A stretch of 61,481 nt of DNA, counting the filler. It is 5 parts of 5 records of this genome, joined end to end, with 100 filler letters (N's around TTAATTAATTAA, not from the genome) between each part and the next. Parts side by side here need not be neighbours in the genome. Positions count along the whole stretch, not along the records: positions 1 to 13,699 come from SRR31156797_11485; positions 13,800 to 28,329 come from SRR31156797_11489; 3 more parts are not named here. One strand, 5' to 3'. The notes beneath the pieces are model-generated. The model was not told the DNA's origin. It was given only the letters and a program-made list of their open reading frames with translations, and ran no database searches. A program made the position numbers and the translations under genes. Below are positions 10,537 to 19,926 of the stretch, piece after piece; the stretch's first letter is position 1; every line of letters starts with the position of its first letter.

Positions 10537-11436
10537 CTACCTTCTACACTTAAATCTTTTACCTAATAATATCTCTTCTACATTTCCTTCCTCATCGGTA
10601 ACGGTAGCTTTATAATCACATTCTCCATCGCCATAATCCAACCAAGCTTTTGCACTAACCCCGTCTTTAGTTCTAACAATTTCAACCATGCCCGATACGG
10701 GGAATCTGCAATCTTTCATTTTTAATACAGGAGTAGTGATCTCACGTGTTACGCTATAGCCCAATGAACTTGAACCCGAAGACGTTCCTGTAATTAAAAA
10801 CTGGTCATCCCATGGATATCTTGGTGTATCGGCGCCTGCAATTAGAGTTCTTATTCTGCTCACCTGATGTGTCCAGGTAATTTCTTCGGTAGTTTCTACA
10901 GTTACATCAATATTTACCGAAAAATACCAATTGCCATCTTCATTTTGTCCTTCGTTTTTAAAGGTGCGCGAACCAACAATACTATTATCATTTACATAAA
11001 AATCTTCAAATACCACGGTTCTTTCAGATCCTGCTTCCCAGTGAGGCCCGGTTTTGGTCACAATCACCTTACCTCTTTTTAATATGCCATGACGATTTTC
11101 ACAATTTTCAGTACCATAATCATAAGTAATTACTTTAGGATAGGTAGTATCCTCAGGATGCTCTATAATAACCGCTGGACATCCCACCGGCATTTCATCT
11201 TCGCTGGCACTTTTTAGCTGGGTAGTCGAACTCATTTCGTAATCGGTAGAAAGGGTCGCTTCTATATCATCAAAAACACTTTCTACTGCATCTTCAATAG
11301 CTTCTTGTTGTTCTATCACATCGGTATCTACCGAGTTATCCAACGATTCCACAACACTACTACTATCATCGCAAGAACTAAATGCTACTAATCCTAAAAA
11401 GAATACTCCGCTTAATATTAAATTTTTCGTTTTCAT
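10537..11436 (-). CDS. Hypothetical lipoprotein
   Basis: Lipobox signal (LVAFSSC) followed by an acidic stretch; beta-rich body with YGTENC and DYGDGECD motifs typical of Bacteroidota lipoproteins. Confidence 0.8.
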   Translation of the reverse strand: MKTKNLILSGVFFLGLVAFSSCDDSSSVVESLDNSVDTDVIEQQEAIEDAVESVFDDIEATLSTDYEMSSTTQLKSASEDEMPVGCPAVIIEHPEDTTYPKVITYDYGTENCENRHGILKRGKVIVTKTGPHWEAGSERTVVFEDFYVNDNSIVGSRTFKNEGQNEDGNWYFSVNIDVTVETTEEITWTHQVSRIRTLIAGADTPRYPWDDQFLITGTSSGSSSLGYSVTREITTPVLKMKDCRFPVSGMVEIVRTKDGVSAKAWLDYGDGECDYKATVTDEEGNVEEILLGKRFKCRR

Positions 11437-11709
11437 ATCTATCTTTTTTAATCGAGGTTTTTAATTATTGTTTTTTTTCGAACATGTTCTTTTTTCTTGT
11501 CTTCGTGTTCTTGGATAGCCTCCGATTAAAAAGGTTTAAAAAGGAGTGTAGTTTTTTTGAAAGTTTTTTCGTTTTTTTTCTTGAATTCCTTTTGTATAAA
11601 GGGGTGCATAGATGTGATTTTTTTTAAAAAAACCTAAAGCCTATTCATCTTAATGGAAAAATAGATTTGTAATACACCTAAAAATATTGCTTAGCATTTA
11701 AGATGCACC

Positions 11710-12071
11710 TTATATGATTGTATCTAAAGTGTCCTTTATAAAAACGAGGCTTGTACAAGTGTAAAAAGCTTCCTTTTAAGAATAGCAACTCAATTACAAG
11801 CGTAAAAAGCACAAATGTTTTTAGGGAGGGGGTTTTTACGTCTGTAAAAAGCTTGTTTCTACAAAAGGCACCCTTTTTACATGCATAATTTTGCTTTCCT
11901 ACAAATTTTCGGCGCTTTTACGAATGTAATTTCGGCATTCATTTAACCAAGCAAGCTTTTTATACACGTAATTGACTGACTTTTTTCATAAGTGACCTTT
12001 TTACACCCGTAAAAAGCAAAAACAGAATGTGGAGGATTTAATATTTGTAAAAAGCGATATGTGGAGAATTT
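11710..12071. repeat. Non-coding array of degenerate palindromes, consensus (GC)TTTTTAC-N4-GTAAAAA(GC), period 41-42 bp
   Basis: Right-arm GTA/ATA cores at 11720, 11761, 11802, 11844, 11885, 11926, 11968 and 12009 (spacings 41,41,42,41,41,42,41), plus a degenerate copy at 12047; spacers are non-identical. Confidence 0.75.
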
Positions 12072-12237
12072 GACTTTTTAAACACAATCTATAAATACGA
12101 GTAGGTGTAAGAGTTAGGTAAAATGAGTTTAACTAAACTTTAACTAGTTGATATTGTGAGCTTATATGGTGAATAGCTATGTTTGATAAAATATAACATA
12201 AATTAATTATTCACTATTTTAACTTAAAAATACTTCA

Positions 12238-13434
12238 ATGAGAACTAGCCTTATTTTTATGATTGCTATACTTAGTACTGGTGTTTTTGCGCAAGAACCG
12301 GGAATAGTATTTACCAATGATTCAACTTTCGATCAGGCTTTAAAAAGCGCCAAAGAATCAGGGAAAGCTGTGTTTATAGATTGTTATACGGTATGGTGCG
12401 GCCCTTGCAAATGGATGTCAAAGGATGTTTTTACCCAAAAGGAAGTGGGCGACTACTTTAATTCCCATTTTATTAGTTTAAAAATGGATATGGAAACAGC
12501 AGAAGGGAGAAAGCTAAACGAGAAATTTGGTATAGCCAGCTATCCTACATTTTTGTTTTTAAATGAAAAAGGGGAATTACTTAATCGACTATCTGGACGT
12601 GTAGATTCGGAAATTTTCATTCGTTTTGCAGAGTTAGCTTTAGATAGTACACAAAACTATCCTGTATATTAAAAAAGGTTTGACAATGGCGATAGAAGTG
12701 CGATAGTTATTCACTGTCATTTACAAATGCATCCGAATGAACCGAAAAAAAAGGAATTGCTCGATAATTTCTTTGCGAATTTAAATGAAGAAGAAAAACA
12801 AACAAGAGCAACATGGAGCTTATTTTATAATTTTATTCATGATTTTGAGCATCCTTATTTTCAGTATGTCGTAGCTAACAAAAGTGCTTTTGAAAATAAG
12901 TTTGGTAAAGAGGGCGTACAATATAAACTGAATACAGCTTTTGAAACGTACATTGATAAGTATGCTTCAGATCCTGAAAAAATGGAAGTTGTAATGCGTA
13001 TTGACAGTTCTCAATGTAAACATTTGATACTAAAAAAGAACTTCAGAGATGCATCTAAAGCTATTCGCCAGGATACGAGTAATCTGCAAAAATGGAAGCA
13101 GTTTTTACTGGCAACCAAGGAATATGTAAAGCCTTTAAACCAAACAGATTGGGAACTAAATGATGCCAGTTGGTTTATTTATGAAAATTATAAAACATTT
13201 AATGATATAGCTGCATTAAAACAAGCCAAAGAATGGTCAAAAAAAACAATTGAGGTAAGTCCTGATAACCCAGCATTTAACGACACCTATGCACATATTC
13301 TATTTGATTTAGGTTACACTGAACAGGCCATTAAGTATCAGCAAATAGCTTTATCCAAGAATGTTGATGAAATTGACAAGGATTATTTAATACGAGAGCT
13401 AAATACTTTTAAGAATAGTCTAAAGACAGAATAG
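12238..13434 (+). pseudogene. Thioredoxin-fold/TPR protein interrupted by one in-frame TAA at 12670-12672
   Basis: Signal peptide and WCGPC; ORFs 12238-12672 and 12727-13434 are in the same frame; the gap reads ...NYPVY*KRFDNGDRSAIVIHCHLQMHP...; C-terminal TPR-like DTYAHILFDLG. Confidence 0.8.
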
Positions 13435-13445
13435 GTTAAAACTCG

Positions 13446-13699
13446 TGCTTAGTTCCCTTCCTAAAATTCAGGAGGGGAACCAAGCAGGACTTTCTCCATC
13501 TTTTAAACTACGCTATATTTTTTTAAGAATATAGCGTATTGCAAAAGCCCGAATGCCATGAACTTCAAAATAAGGAGCATCACTTTCTTGCGTTCGAAGA
13601 CACTCTTAATCGCAATTGACTATGCAGCATGGGAATCAACTCTCCTCCTTATTAAAAGGAGGAGTACGACGAGGTACGAGTCGGGAGGTGGTTTTCAAT
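13446..13699. repeat. Cluster of REP-like hairpins at the contig end
   Basis: GTTCCCTTCCT...AGGAGGGGAAC (within 13446-13486), TACGCTATATT...AATATAGCGTA (13509-13538), CTCCTCCTT-attaa-AAGGAGGAG (13642-13664) followed by GGGAGGTGGTT. Confidence 0.55.
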
Positions 13700-13799
13700 N
13701 NNNNNNNNNNNNNNNNNNNNNNNNNNNNNNNNNNNNNNNNNNNTTAATTAATTAANNNNNNNNNNNNNNNNNNNNNNNNNNNNNNNNNNNNNNNNNNNN
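13700..13799. other. Artificial contig linker
   Basis: N44-TTAATTAATTAA-N44 (stops in all six frames); composition changes across it. Confidence 0.99.
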
Positions 13800-13858
13800 G
13801 AAGAGTCCAGAGAAACTTTTGCAAAAGTTCCTTTGGCCTCGGAGAACCGCCGGAGGCA
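13800..13858 (-). repeat. Desulfovibrionaceae REP-like repeat (GCCTCCGGCGG...AACTTTTG.AAAAGTTTCT)
   Basis: Reverse complement reads GCCTCCGGCGGTTCTCCGAGGCCAAAGGAACTTTTGCAAAAGTTTCTCTGG; same family at 28280-28329 and 61454-61481. Confidence 0.8.
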
Positions 13859-13861
13859 TTC

Positions 13862-15268
13862 TTATTTATTCGCTCTCTTGGCAATCTCTTTTGCGGGAAT
13901 GATTCCGGTAGCGGAAGCGGAAACAATGTTTCCAGCCACACCGGGACCGTCACCGGCCACGAAGAGACCTTCCAGGGCGGTTTCAAGCTGATTGCTGGTT
14001 TCCACCTGAGTGGAGAAGAACTTGATTTCCGGTGCGTAGAGAAGGGTTTCCTCATTGGCAACACCGGGCACTACGTCGTTAAGCTTTTCAAGACCTTCGA
14101 TAAGGTTCCGCACGATACGCTCAGGCAGAGCCATGGCAATATCACCGCAGGTAACATTCTTCATGGTCGGCTCTACAAAACTGTTGCGTACGCGGTTCCA
14201 TGTGGAACGACGACCGCGCTTAAGATCACCGAAACGCTGCAAAATAGGCTTGCCGCCGCCAATAATGGTAGCGAGCTTGCCGATGGATTCACCGTAAGCC
14301 TGGTTGTCGGTAACCGGCTCTTCAAGCACAACCTTGGACAGGAAAGCGAAGTTGGTGTTCTCGGATTTCTTGTCCATGTATGCATGACCGTTTACGCAAA
14401 CAAAGTCCTGATAGTTTTCAAGAGCGACAAAGCCACCCTGATTGGTACAGAAAGTACGAACCTGATCATCGTAGGTGTTGGTGCGGATGAAGAAAGTGGG
14501 GTCATAGATCACGGAGCAGAGATCACGCATGATGTCGCCGTGAACTTCTACACGCACACCGACCTCGATACCACGCTGGGTAATGGCGAGATCGTGTTTC
14601 TTTGCAACACTCCCCATCCACTCGGAACCAACGCGGCCCGGAGCAAGAATAACGTTCTTAGCGCGATACTCGCTCTTCTTGGTCACAACCCCGGCAAGTT
14701 CACCATTTTCAATGAGGATGTCTTCTACATGCTCACCAGTACGGAAGGTCACACCATTTTCCATACAATAGTCAGCCATTCCGGCAATATGTCCGGGCAG
14801 ATTGTCACTGCCAAGGTGCTTCTGCTTAATCAACAGCAGATCGATGCCATGTTTAAGTGCATCTTTGCGGATATTTTTGGCTTCATCCATGTTGGTGGGG
14901 TAAACCTGACCGTCCATGTTGAAGCGGTTGAAAATTTCTTCGGTTTCATCAATGAGGGCCTTGGCCTCGGAAACCGACATGAACTGGGTAAGGTCGGTCT
15001 TGCCGAGCTTGTGAATATAGTTGAGCTTGCCGTCGGAAAAAAGGCCAGCCCCGCCCACGCCGGAAAGGATGTTGCAGGGTTTGCATTTAATGCATTCCTG
15101 ATCCCCGGTTATAGGACAATGTCTTTTAAGGGACGCCTTTCCCTTTTCGATGACCAGAACATCAAGGTCGGTGTTCTCGCCAAGGTAATAGGCTGCGAAA
15201 AGTCCCGCAGGACCGCCGCCGACAATAATTACATCAAATTCTTTCTTCCCGTTATCTTTCGGGCTCAT
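13862..15268 (-). CDS. NAD(P)/FAD-dependent oxidoreductase (COG2509-like) with a Cys cluster
   Basis: GGGPAG Rossmann motif, CPxxxxxxCxxCxxC, GGAGLFSDGKL, GVRVE, RTFCTN, LYAPEIKF, VAGDG; start moved to ATG 15268, which follows a GGAG RBS. Confidence 0.88.
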   Translation of the reverse strand: MSPKDNGKKEFDVIIVGGGPAGLFAAYYLGENTDLDVLVIEKGKASLKRHCPITGDQECIKCKPCNILSGVGGAGLFSDGKLNYIHKLGKTDLTQFMSVSEAKALIDETEEIFNRFNMDGQVYPTNMDEAKNIRKDALKHGIDLLLIKQKHLGSDNLPGHIAGMADYCMENGVTFRTGEHVEDILIENGELAGVVTKKSEYRAKNVILAPGRVGSEWMGSVAKKHDLAITQRGIEVGVRVEVHGDIMRDLCSVIYDPTFFIRTNTYDDQVRTFCTNQGGFVALENYQDFVCVNGHAYMDKKSENTNFAFLSKVVLEEPVTDNQAYGESIGKLATIIGGGKPILQRFGDLKRGRRSTWNRVRNSFVEPTMKNVTCGDIAMALPERIVRNLIEGLEKLNDVVPGVANEETLLYAPEIKFFSTQVETSNQLETALEGLFVAGDGPGVAGNIVSASATGIIPAKEIAKRANK

Positions 15269-15514
15269 AATATTCTCCAGTATTGGTCTTTTTCGCCTGC
15301 TTTGCGCAACCCGCGCAGGCATGCCAATATACGCTTTTACCCATCGAATTTCAAAAATGCAACCTTTTATTATTATTTTTCAAATTCAATAAAAAACATG
15401 TGTAATCAAACACTTACACCCTATAACAAAAAGAATCGGTTATTCTCAAAGCAATCCCTCTTGACCCGGAGCAATTACTTTTCTACATGGGTTAGTAAAC
15501 CAAAAGGAAATTTC

Positions 15515-15946
15515 ATGAGACTGACAACAAGAAGCAGATACGGAACCCGAATGATACTGGACATCGCCACACACTGCACAGCAGGCCCGGTCCGTATTAG
15601 TGACATTGCCAGCCGTCAGGGACTTTCAACAAAATACCTTGAAAAGCTCATCCGCGAATTGAAAAAAGCCGGATTTATTGCCAGCAAACGCGGGCCCGGC
15701 GGTGGACATTCTTTGGCAATGGCCCCTGAAGACATCACAGTAGGTGCGGTGGTTAGAAGCCTTGAGGGCGATGCCGGACTGGTTGAATGCCTTGATAACG
15801 ACGACCTCTGCAAACGGATTGACAACTGCCCCACACGCGAAGTCTGGATAAAGGCCAGTAAGGCCATGTATGCAGCCTTGGATGAGATATCCATTGCCGA
15901 CCTGCTCAAGGAAGGCTCCTTCTGCATTAAAACCAATCCATTCTAA
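15515..15946 (+). CDS. Rrf2-family transcriptional regulator (IscR-like, three Cys)
   Basis: MRLTTRSRYG, YLEKL, SKRGPGGG, C-x6-C-x5-C; AAGGA RBS before ATG 15515. Confidence 0.93.
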   Translation: MRLTTRSRYGTRMILDIATHCTAGPVRISDIASRQGLSTKYLEKLIRELKKAGFIASKRGPGGGHSLAMAPEDITVGAVVRSLEGDAGLVECLDNDDLCKRIDNCPTREVWIKASKAMYAALDEISIADLLKEGSFCIKTNPF

Positions 15947-15969
15947 AACTAAAAACATAAATTTTTTCT

Positions 15970-16008
15970 ACCCCTGATCCGCGTAGGCGGATCAGGGGTC
16001 TTTTCTTT
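15970..16008 (+). terminator. Intrinsic terminator
   Basis: ACCCCTGATCCGC-gtag-GCGGATCAGGGGT followed by CTTTTCTTT. Confidence 0.9.
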
Positions 16009-16067
16009 GTATATACAGAAGTAATTTCTCTTGCAGATCAAGCAAATAATATTCTACTCTCAGTCCT

Positions 16068-16517
16068 ATGATTTACAAACTAATCACACTCATTGTTATT
16101 ATCTGCGCTGCCGCCCTTTTTACTGCCGCCCACTTTTCTTCCCCCCCAGACAATTTGGGCATTAATGGCGGCAAACTCTCCCCATGCCCGAACAGCCCCA
16201 ACTGCATTTCCTCACAGGAAACGAACCAAGGACATACCACCCAAGCATTCAAAGCCAGCGGCACCAATAAACAGGTCATGAAAAAACTTAGATCCTGCAT
16301 CAAAAAGATGGACGGAAAAATCACTTCCCGCAGCGGACCATACCTGCATGCTGAATTCAGGAGCAAGTGGTTCCGGTTTGTGGACGACCTTGAATGTATC
16401 TACGATGAGGCAGAAGGTAAAATGGATGTCCGCTCCGCAGCACGGCTCGGTTATTCCGATTTCGGAGTGAACAAAGAACGGGTGGAAAAATTGCGCAAAC
16501 TTTTTGAAAAAGAATAA
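16068..16517 (+). CDS. DUF1499 family protein
   Basis: PCPNSPNCISSQ, FRFVDDLE, RSAARLGYSDFGVNKERVE. Confidence 0.9.
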   Translation: MIYKLITLIVIICAAALFTAAHFSSPPDNLGINGGKLSPCPNSPNCISSQETNQGHTTQAFKASGTNKQVMKKLRSCIKKMDGKITSRSGPYLHAEFRSKWFRFVDDLECIYDEAEGKMDVRSAARLGYSDFGVNKERVEKLRKLFEKE

Positions 16518-16649
16518 AATTTACCAGCAAAAACATACTATCGGGAACTAAAATACTATATCTTCACAACTATCAGATTTAAATATTCGACGAATTCTCC
16601 TGCCTGAGCTTAAGGATTGAAGCTAAACCACTATCAGGAGGAGAAACAA

Positions 16650-17084
16650 ATGAATTTTAGTAAGAAGATTATGGTAATGTTTGGATTGGCAACTCTGTTC
16701 TTATGCATTGCAAGCAATGCTTTTGCCATGAAAGACAGCTACAATTACATGAGTCCAGCAGCACTGCAGAATGCTATTAACACCAAGGCCGACGTTGCCA
16801 TTGTGGACATTCAGGTAGCTGATGAATTTAAATCCCACCACATCATGGGAGCAATCGAAACCTGCGCCTATCCGGTAAAAACCGCCGCTGACACAAATAA
16901 ACTCAACACAGCCCTGAGCAACCTCAAAAGCTCAACACAGCCCATCGTAGTCATCTGCCCACGTGGTAAAGGCGGAGCGGAAAGGACTGTCAACTATCTC
17001 GCCAAACAAGGAATCGCCCCTTACCGCTTATTCATCCTTACCAACGGTCAGGACGGCTGGCCCTATGCAGTTGAATCCAACTAA
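16650..17084 (+). CDS. Periplasmic rhodanese-like protein
   Basis: AGGAGG RBS, signal peptide (AFA), IVDIQ...HHIMGA, active-site ICPRG, C-terminal GW. Confidence 0.85.
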   Translation: MNFSKKIMVMFGLATLFLCIASNAFAMKDSYNYMSPAALQNAINTKADVAIVDIQVADEFKSHHIMGAIETCAYPVKTAADTNKLNTALSNLKSSTQPIVVICPRGKGGAERTVNYLAKQGIAPYRLFILTNGQDGWPYAVESN

Positions 17085-17107
17085 GAATAAAAAATAAATA
17101 TTTACAA

Positions 17108-17150
17108 AAGCCCCTTCCGCCAATTCTAAGGCAGAAGGGGCTTATATTTT
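17108..17150 (+). terminator. Intrinsic terminator
   Basis: AAGCCCCTTC.GCC-loop-GGC.GAAGGGGCTT followed by ATATTTT. Confidence 0.75.
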
Positions 17151-17275
17151 GCTACACGCACACTGCAAATCGCCGTATCCCCAGCATTCAGCAGCCTTTG
17201 GTAAATTGTTGACGACACCGAAGAACTATTGTGTATTACCATAACAACACAACCCCAATTAACGAGGAAAACAGC

Positions 17276-18559
17276 ATGGTAAAACTCGGAAAAGCTTCAC
17301 TTCTGGCACTAATATTCCTCCTTGCAACGGCAATAACAGCCACTGCCACAGAATGGAGATTCCCTGGAGAATTTGAAAAACAGGAAAAGGTCTACCTCGG
17401 CTGGTTAAGTAAAGAATATGTAAAAGGATACCACACTGATACTGTTCTGCTGAAAATTGTTAAACACCTCGTTCCTTACACTAAAATAACAATCTGCGTC
17501 CCCGAAAAGAATCAGCGCAACCATGTGCAGGACCTGCTCCAAAAGAACAAGCTGCCCATGGATAAAATTTCATTCCAGACCATCCCCTTCACCATGCTCT
17601 ATTGGCGAGATTTTGGGCCTGTTTTTACCGTGAACGGACAGGGACAAAAAAGTATTGCCGACTTCGGGTTCAACTGCTGGGGCTATTTCCCGCAATCGGA
17701 CACCCAATCGCGAATCATGGAACGCGTCGACCGCGACATTGCCAAACAACGCAAAATCCCCTCAAGAATGACCCGTCTGGTCAGCGAAGGTGGCGACCGG
17801 GAACTGAACGGAAAAGGAACCATACTGATCACTGAAGCCTGCGAATTTCAGCGCAATCAAAACCTTTCACGCGAAGACATTGAAGCGGAACTGAAGGAAA
17901 TGCTGGGCGTAACCAACGTAATCTGGCTGAAAAAAGGAACAGTTGACGACGATGCATATAATGTCAGCACCCTGCCCGGTCCGGGAGGCAAGGGAGTAGC
18001 CTACCGCAGTGCAGCGGCTAACAATCATATAGATGAGTATTGCCGTTTTATATCCCCGGATACAATCCTGCTGGCTGAAGTAAGTAAAGAAGAAGCGACT
18101 CAAGGTCCTGTAGAAGCTGAAAATCGCCGCCGCATGGAAGAAAACTACCGTATCCTGAAAAATGCACTAGATCAGGACGGCAAACCATTCAAGATCATCC
18201 GTATTCCTATGCCGGAGACCTTATACTTCGAAGTAACTCCGCAAGATGCAGCTTACTATGGACTGGTGTCATTCCCTCGTTTTTCAGACGGTACTGCTTT
18301 CCCCGTGGGACAGTCAGTGCAAGTTGTTCCGGCACAAAGCTATTGCAATTTTCTGATTTCCAACGGCGTAGTACTGGCCCAGAAATACTGGCATGAAGGT
18401 CTGCCTGAAAAAGTAAAAGAACGTGACGCCGAAGCGCTTGCAGTGCTCAAAAGGGCATTCCCGAATCGGAAGGTCGTCACCATAAACACCCTTGGGATCA
18501 ATTTCGGCGGCGGTGGCATCCACTGCTCGACACAGCAGGAACCGTATACGGATAAATGA
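17276..18559 (+). CDS. Agmatine/peptidylarginine deiminase family protein with a signal peptide
   Basis: PGEFE, WRDFGP, EGG, HID, SYCNF, GGGGIHCSTQQEP; hydrophobic N-terminal signal; GAGG RBS before ATG 17276. Confidence 0.88.
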   Translation: MVKLGKASLLALIFLLATAITATATEWRFPGEFEKQEKVYLGWLSKEYVKGYHTDTVLLKIVKHLVPYTKITICVPEKNQRNHVQDLLQKNKLPMDKISFQTIPFTMLYWRDFGPVFTVNGQGQKSIADFGFNCWGYFPQSDTQSRIMERVDRDIAKQRKIPSRMTRLVSEGGDRELNGKGTILITEACEFQRNQNLSREDIEAELKEMLGVTNVIWLKKGTVDDDAYNVSTLPGPGGKGVAYRSAAANNHIDEYCRFISPDTILLAEVSKEEATQGPVEAENRRRMEENYRILKNALDQDGKPFKIIRIPMPETLYFEVTPQDAAYYGLVSFPRFSDGTAFPVGQSVQVVPAQSYCNFLISNGVVLAQKYWHEGLPEKVKERDAEALAVLKRAFPNRKVVTINTLGINFGGGGIHCSTQQEPYTDK

Positions 18560-18566
18560 GGCTAAC

Positions 18567-18604
18567 AAAAAAACTCCCGCTGGAAATTCCAGCGGGAGTT
18601 TTTT
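18567..18604. terminator. Bidirectional intrinsic terminator
   Basis: A-run, CTCCCGCTGGAA/TTCCAGCGGGAG stem, T-run, between convergent genes. Confidence 0.9.
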
Positions 18605-18700
18605 ATTATCCAAAGTGTCGCCGCAATCGCTCGATCCTTACGGTAAGCAACTGCGGCTGTCGGCGGAGATCAGGTGGGGATAATCCCCTCTGCCTCCTTG
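18567..18700 (-). ncRNA. Candidate structured small RNA or 3' UTR downstream of folE2
   Basis: Two GC-rich hairpins (18620-18657, 18662-18694); TTGCCA-N16-TACTAT promoter-like sequence at 18733-18706; terminator at its 3' end. Confidence 0.35.
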
Positions 18701-18716
18701 TTATAATAGTAAGCAC

Positions 18717-19487
18717 TTATTCCGGCTTGGCAATACTTGCGAATGCACAATGATTGTGAATTGACTCAAAACTTTCCACATCAACTTGATACCACAAAAT
18801 TTTAGGGTGTTTTTCCAGTCCCATAGCAGCATTGCGGACCACGTCTTCAACGAAAGTCGGATTTGAAAAACTTTTTTCAGTGACGTGTTTTTCGTCCTCA
18901 CGCTTGAGCAAAGAGAAAACTTCACACGAGCCTGAGCCTTCGGCTATCTCCACCAAATCCTCAATCCAGACAAAACCCTTGGACTTTGTCTGGATGTGCA
19001 CTACCGCCCTCTGACTATGCGCGCCTTCATCACTAATAGCCTTGGAACAAGGACAGACAGTCATAACCGGAACTTTAACCCCAAGGGTAAATTCCAGATT
19101 ATCACCGACCATTTCGCCTTCCACCGTACATTCGTAGCTCATGATCCCTTTGCGTCCACTGACCGGGGATTTTTTTTGCAGACAATAAGGAAAGCTGAGT
19201 TCTGCATGGGCACGTTCAGCTTCAAGACGGCGCAGGATATCACTGAGCAAATTGTAAAAGCTCTGATAATCCAACTCTTCGGACCAGTCTTCGAGAGCTT
19301 CGACAAAACGGCTCATGTGAGTACCCTTGAAATGCGCGGGCAGATCTACGGATAAAGCAACTTTAGCCATGGTGCTCTGACTTCCGGATTCCCGGTCACG
19401 CACCACAAGGGGGAGAGTCAAATCCCGCACACCGACCCTGTCAATGGACATGGCGACTTTTGCGGGACTGTTCTGTACGTCTTCCAT
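18717..19487 (-). CDS. folE2: GTP cyclohydrolase I type IB
   Basis: [51 protein letters not shown]. Confidence 0.96.
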   Translation of the reverse strand: MEDVQNSPAKVAMSIDRVGVRDLTLPLVVRDRESGSQSTMAKVALSVDLPAHFKGTHMSRFVEALEDWSEELDYQSFYNLLSDILRRLEAERAHAELSFPYCLQKKSPVSGRKGIMSYECTVEGEMVGDNLEFTLGVKVPVMTVCPCSKAISDEGAHSQRAVVHIQTKSKGFVWIEDLVEIAEGSGSCEVFSLLKREDEKHVTEKSFSNPTFVEDVVRNAAMGLEKHPKILWYQVDVESFESIHNHCAFASIAKPE

Positions 19488-19488
19488 T

Positions 19489-19908
19489 TTAAACGAGTTC
19501 CTCGCCGGTAGTGGTCAGGCCGAGCTTGCCATGCTTTACGCCTTTTGTAGAAATAAGACGATGAGCCAATTCCTTGATCTGCTTGCCGTCACCTTTTAGG
19601 ACCATGACTTCGAGGCAATTGTCGTGGTCAAGGTGAACATGCAGAGTGGACATGATCAGATCATGACTGTCGTGCTGCAGCTCGGTGAGTCGCTGAGAAA
19701 GACCGCTCTGGTGATGGTCGTAGACGAGAGAGAGAGTCCCGGCCATTTGACCGTCAGCCTCATCCCACTCTTTTTCCACCAGCATATTGCGGATCAAGTC
19801 ACGAATAGCCTCAGAACGGGTCTGGTAACTTTTCTCGTCACAAAGCTGATCAAATTTCTCAAGAAGATCGGAATCAAGGGAAACCCCGAAACGTATAGTT
19901 TTACCCAT
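19489..19908 (-). CDS. nikR: Nickel-responsive regulator NikR
   Basis: RHH domain RFGVSL...[14 protein letters not shown] and [12 protein letters not shown] Ni ligands. Confidence 0.96.
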   Translation of the reverse strand: MGKTIRFGVSLDSDLLEKFDQLCDEKSYQTRSEAIRDLIRNMLVEKEWDEADGQMAGTLSLVYDHHQSGLSQRLTELQHDSHDLIMSTLHVHLDHDNCLEVMVLKGDGKQIKELAHRLISTKGVKHGKLGLTTTGEELV

Positions 19909-19926
19909 TTCAAACCTCCGTAAAAA

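Noticed and set aside
11710-12071. CRISPR interpretation of the periodic array
   Set aside because: Repeats are only ~16-22 nt, degenerate with variable centres, the period is too short, and there are no cas genes on the contig
13744-13755. Repeated TTAATTAATTAA palindrome (four copies)
   Set aside because: Synthetic six-frame-stop linker inside N runs
13558-14064. ORFs running through N runs (13558-13755, 13744-14064; also 53481-53681)
   Set aside because: Artefacts of translating the linker; they overlap REP-like DNA or real genes
14384-15946. 520-aa ORF that looks like a large N-terminal fusion to an Rrf2 regulator
   Set aside because: The first 377 codons are mostly the antisense shadow of the FAD oxidoreductase plus intergenic DNA; the real gene starts at ATG 15515 with its own RBS
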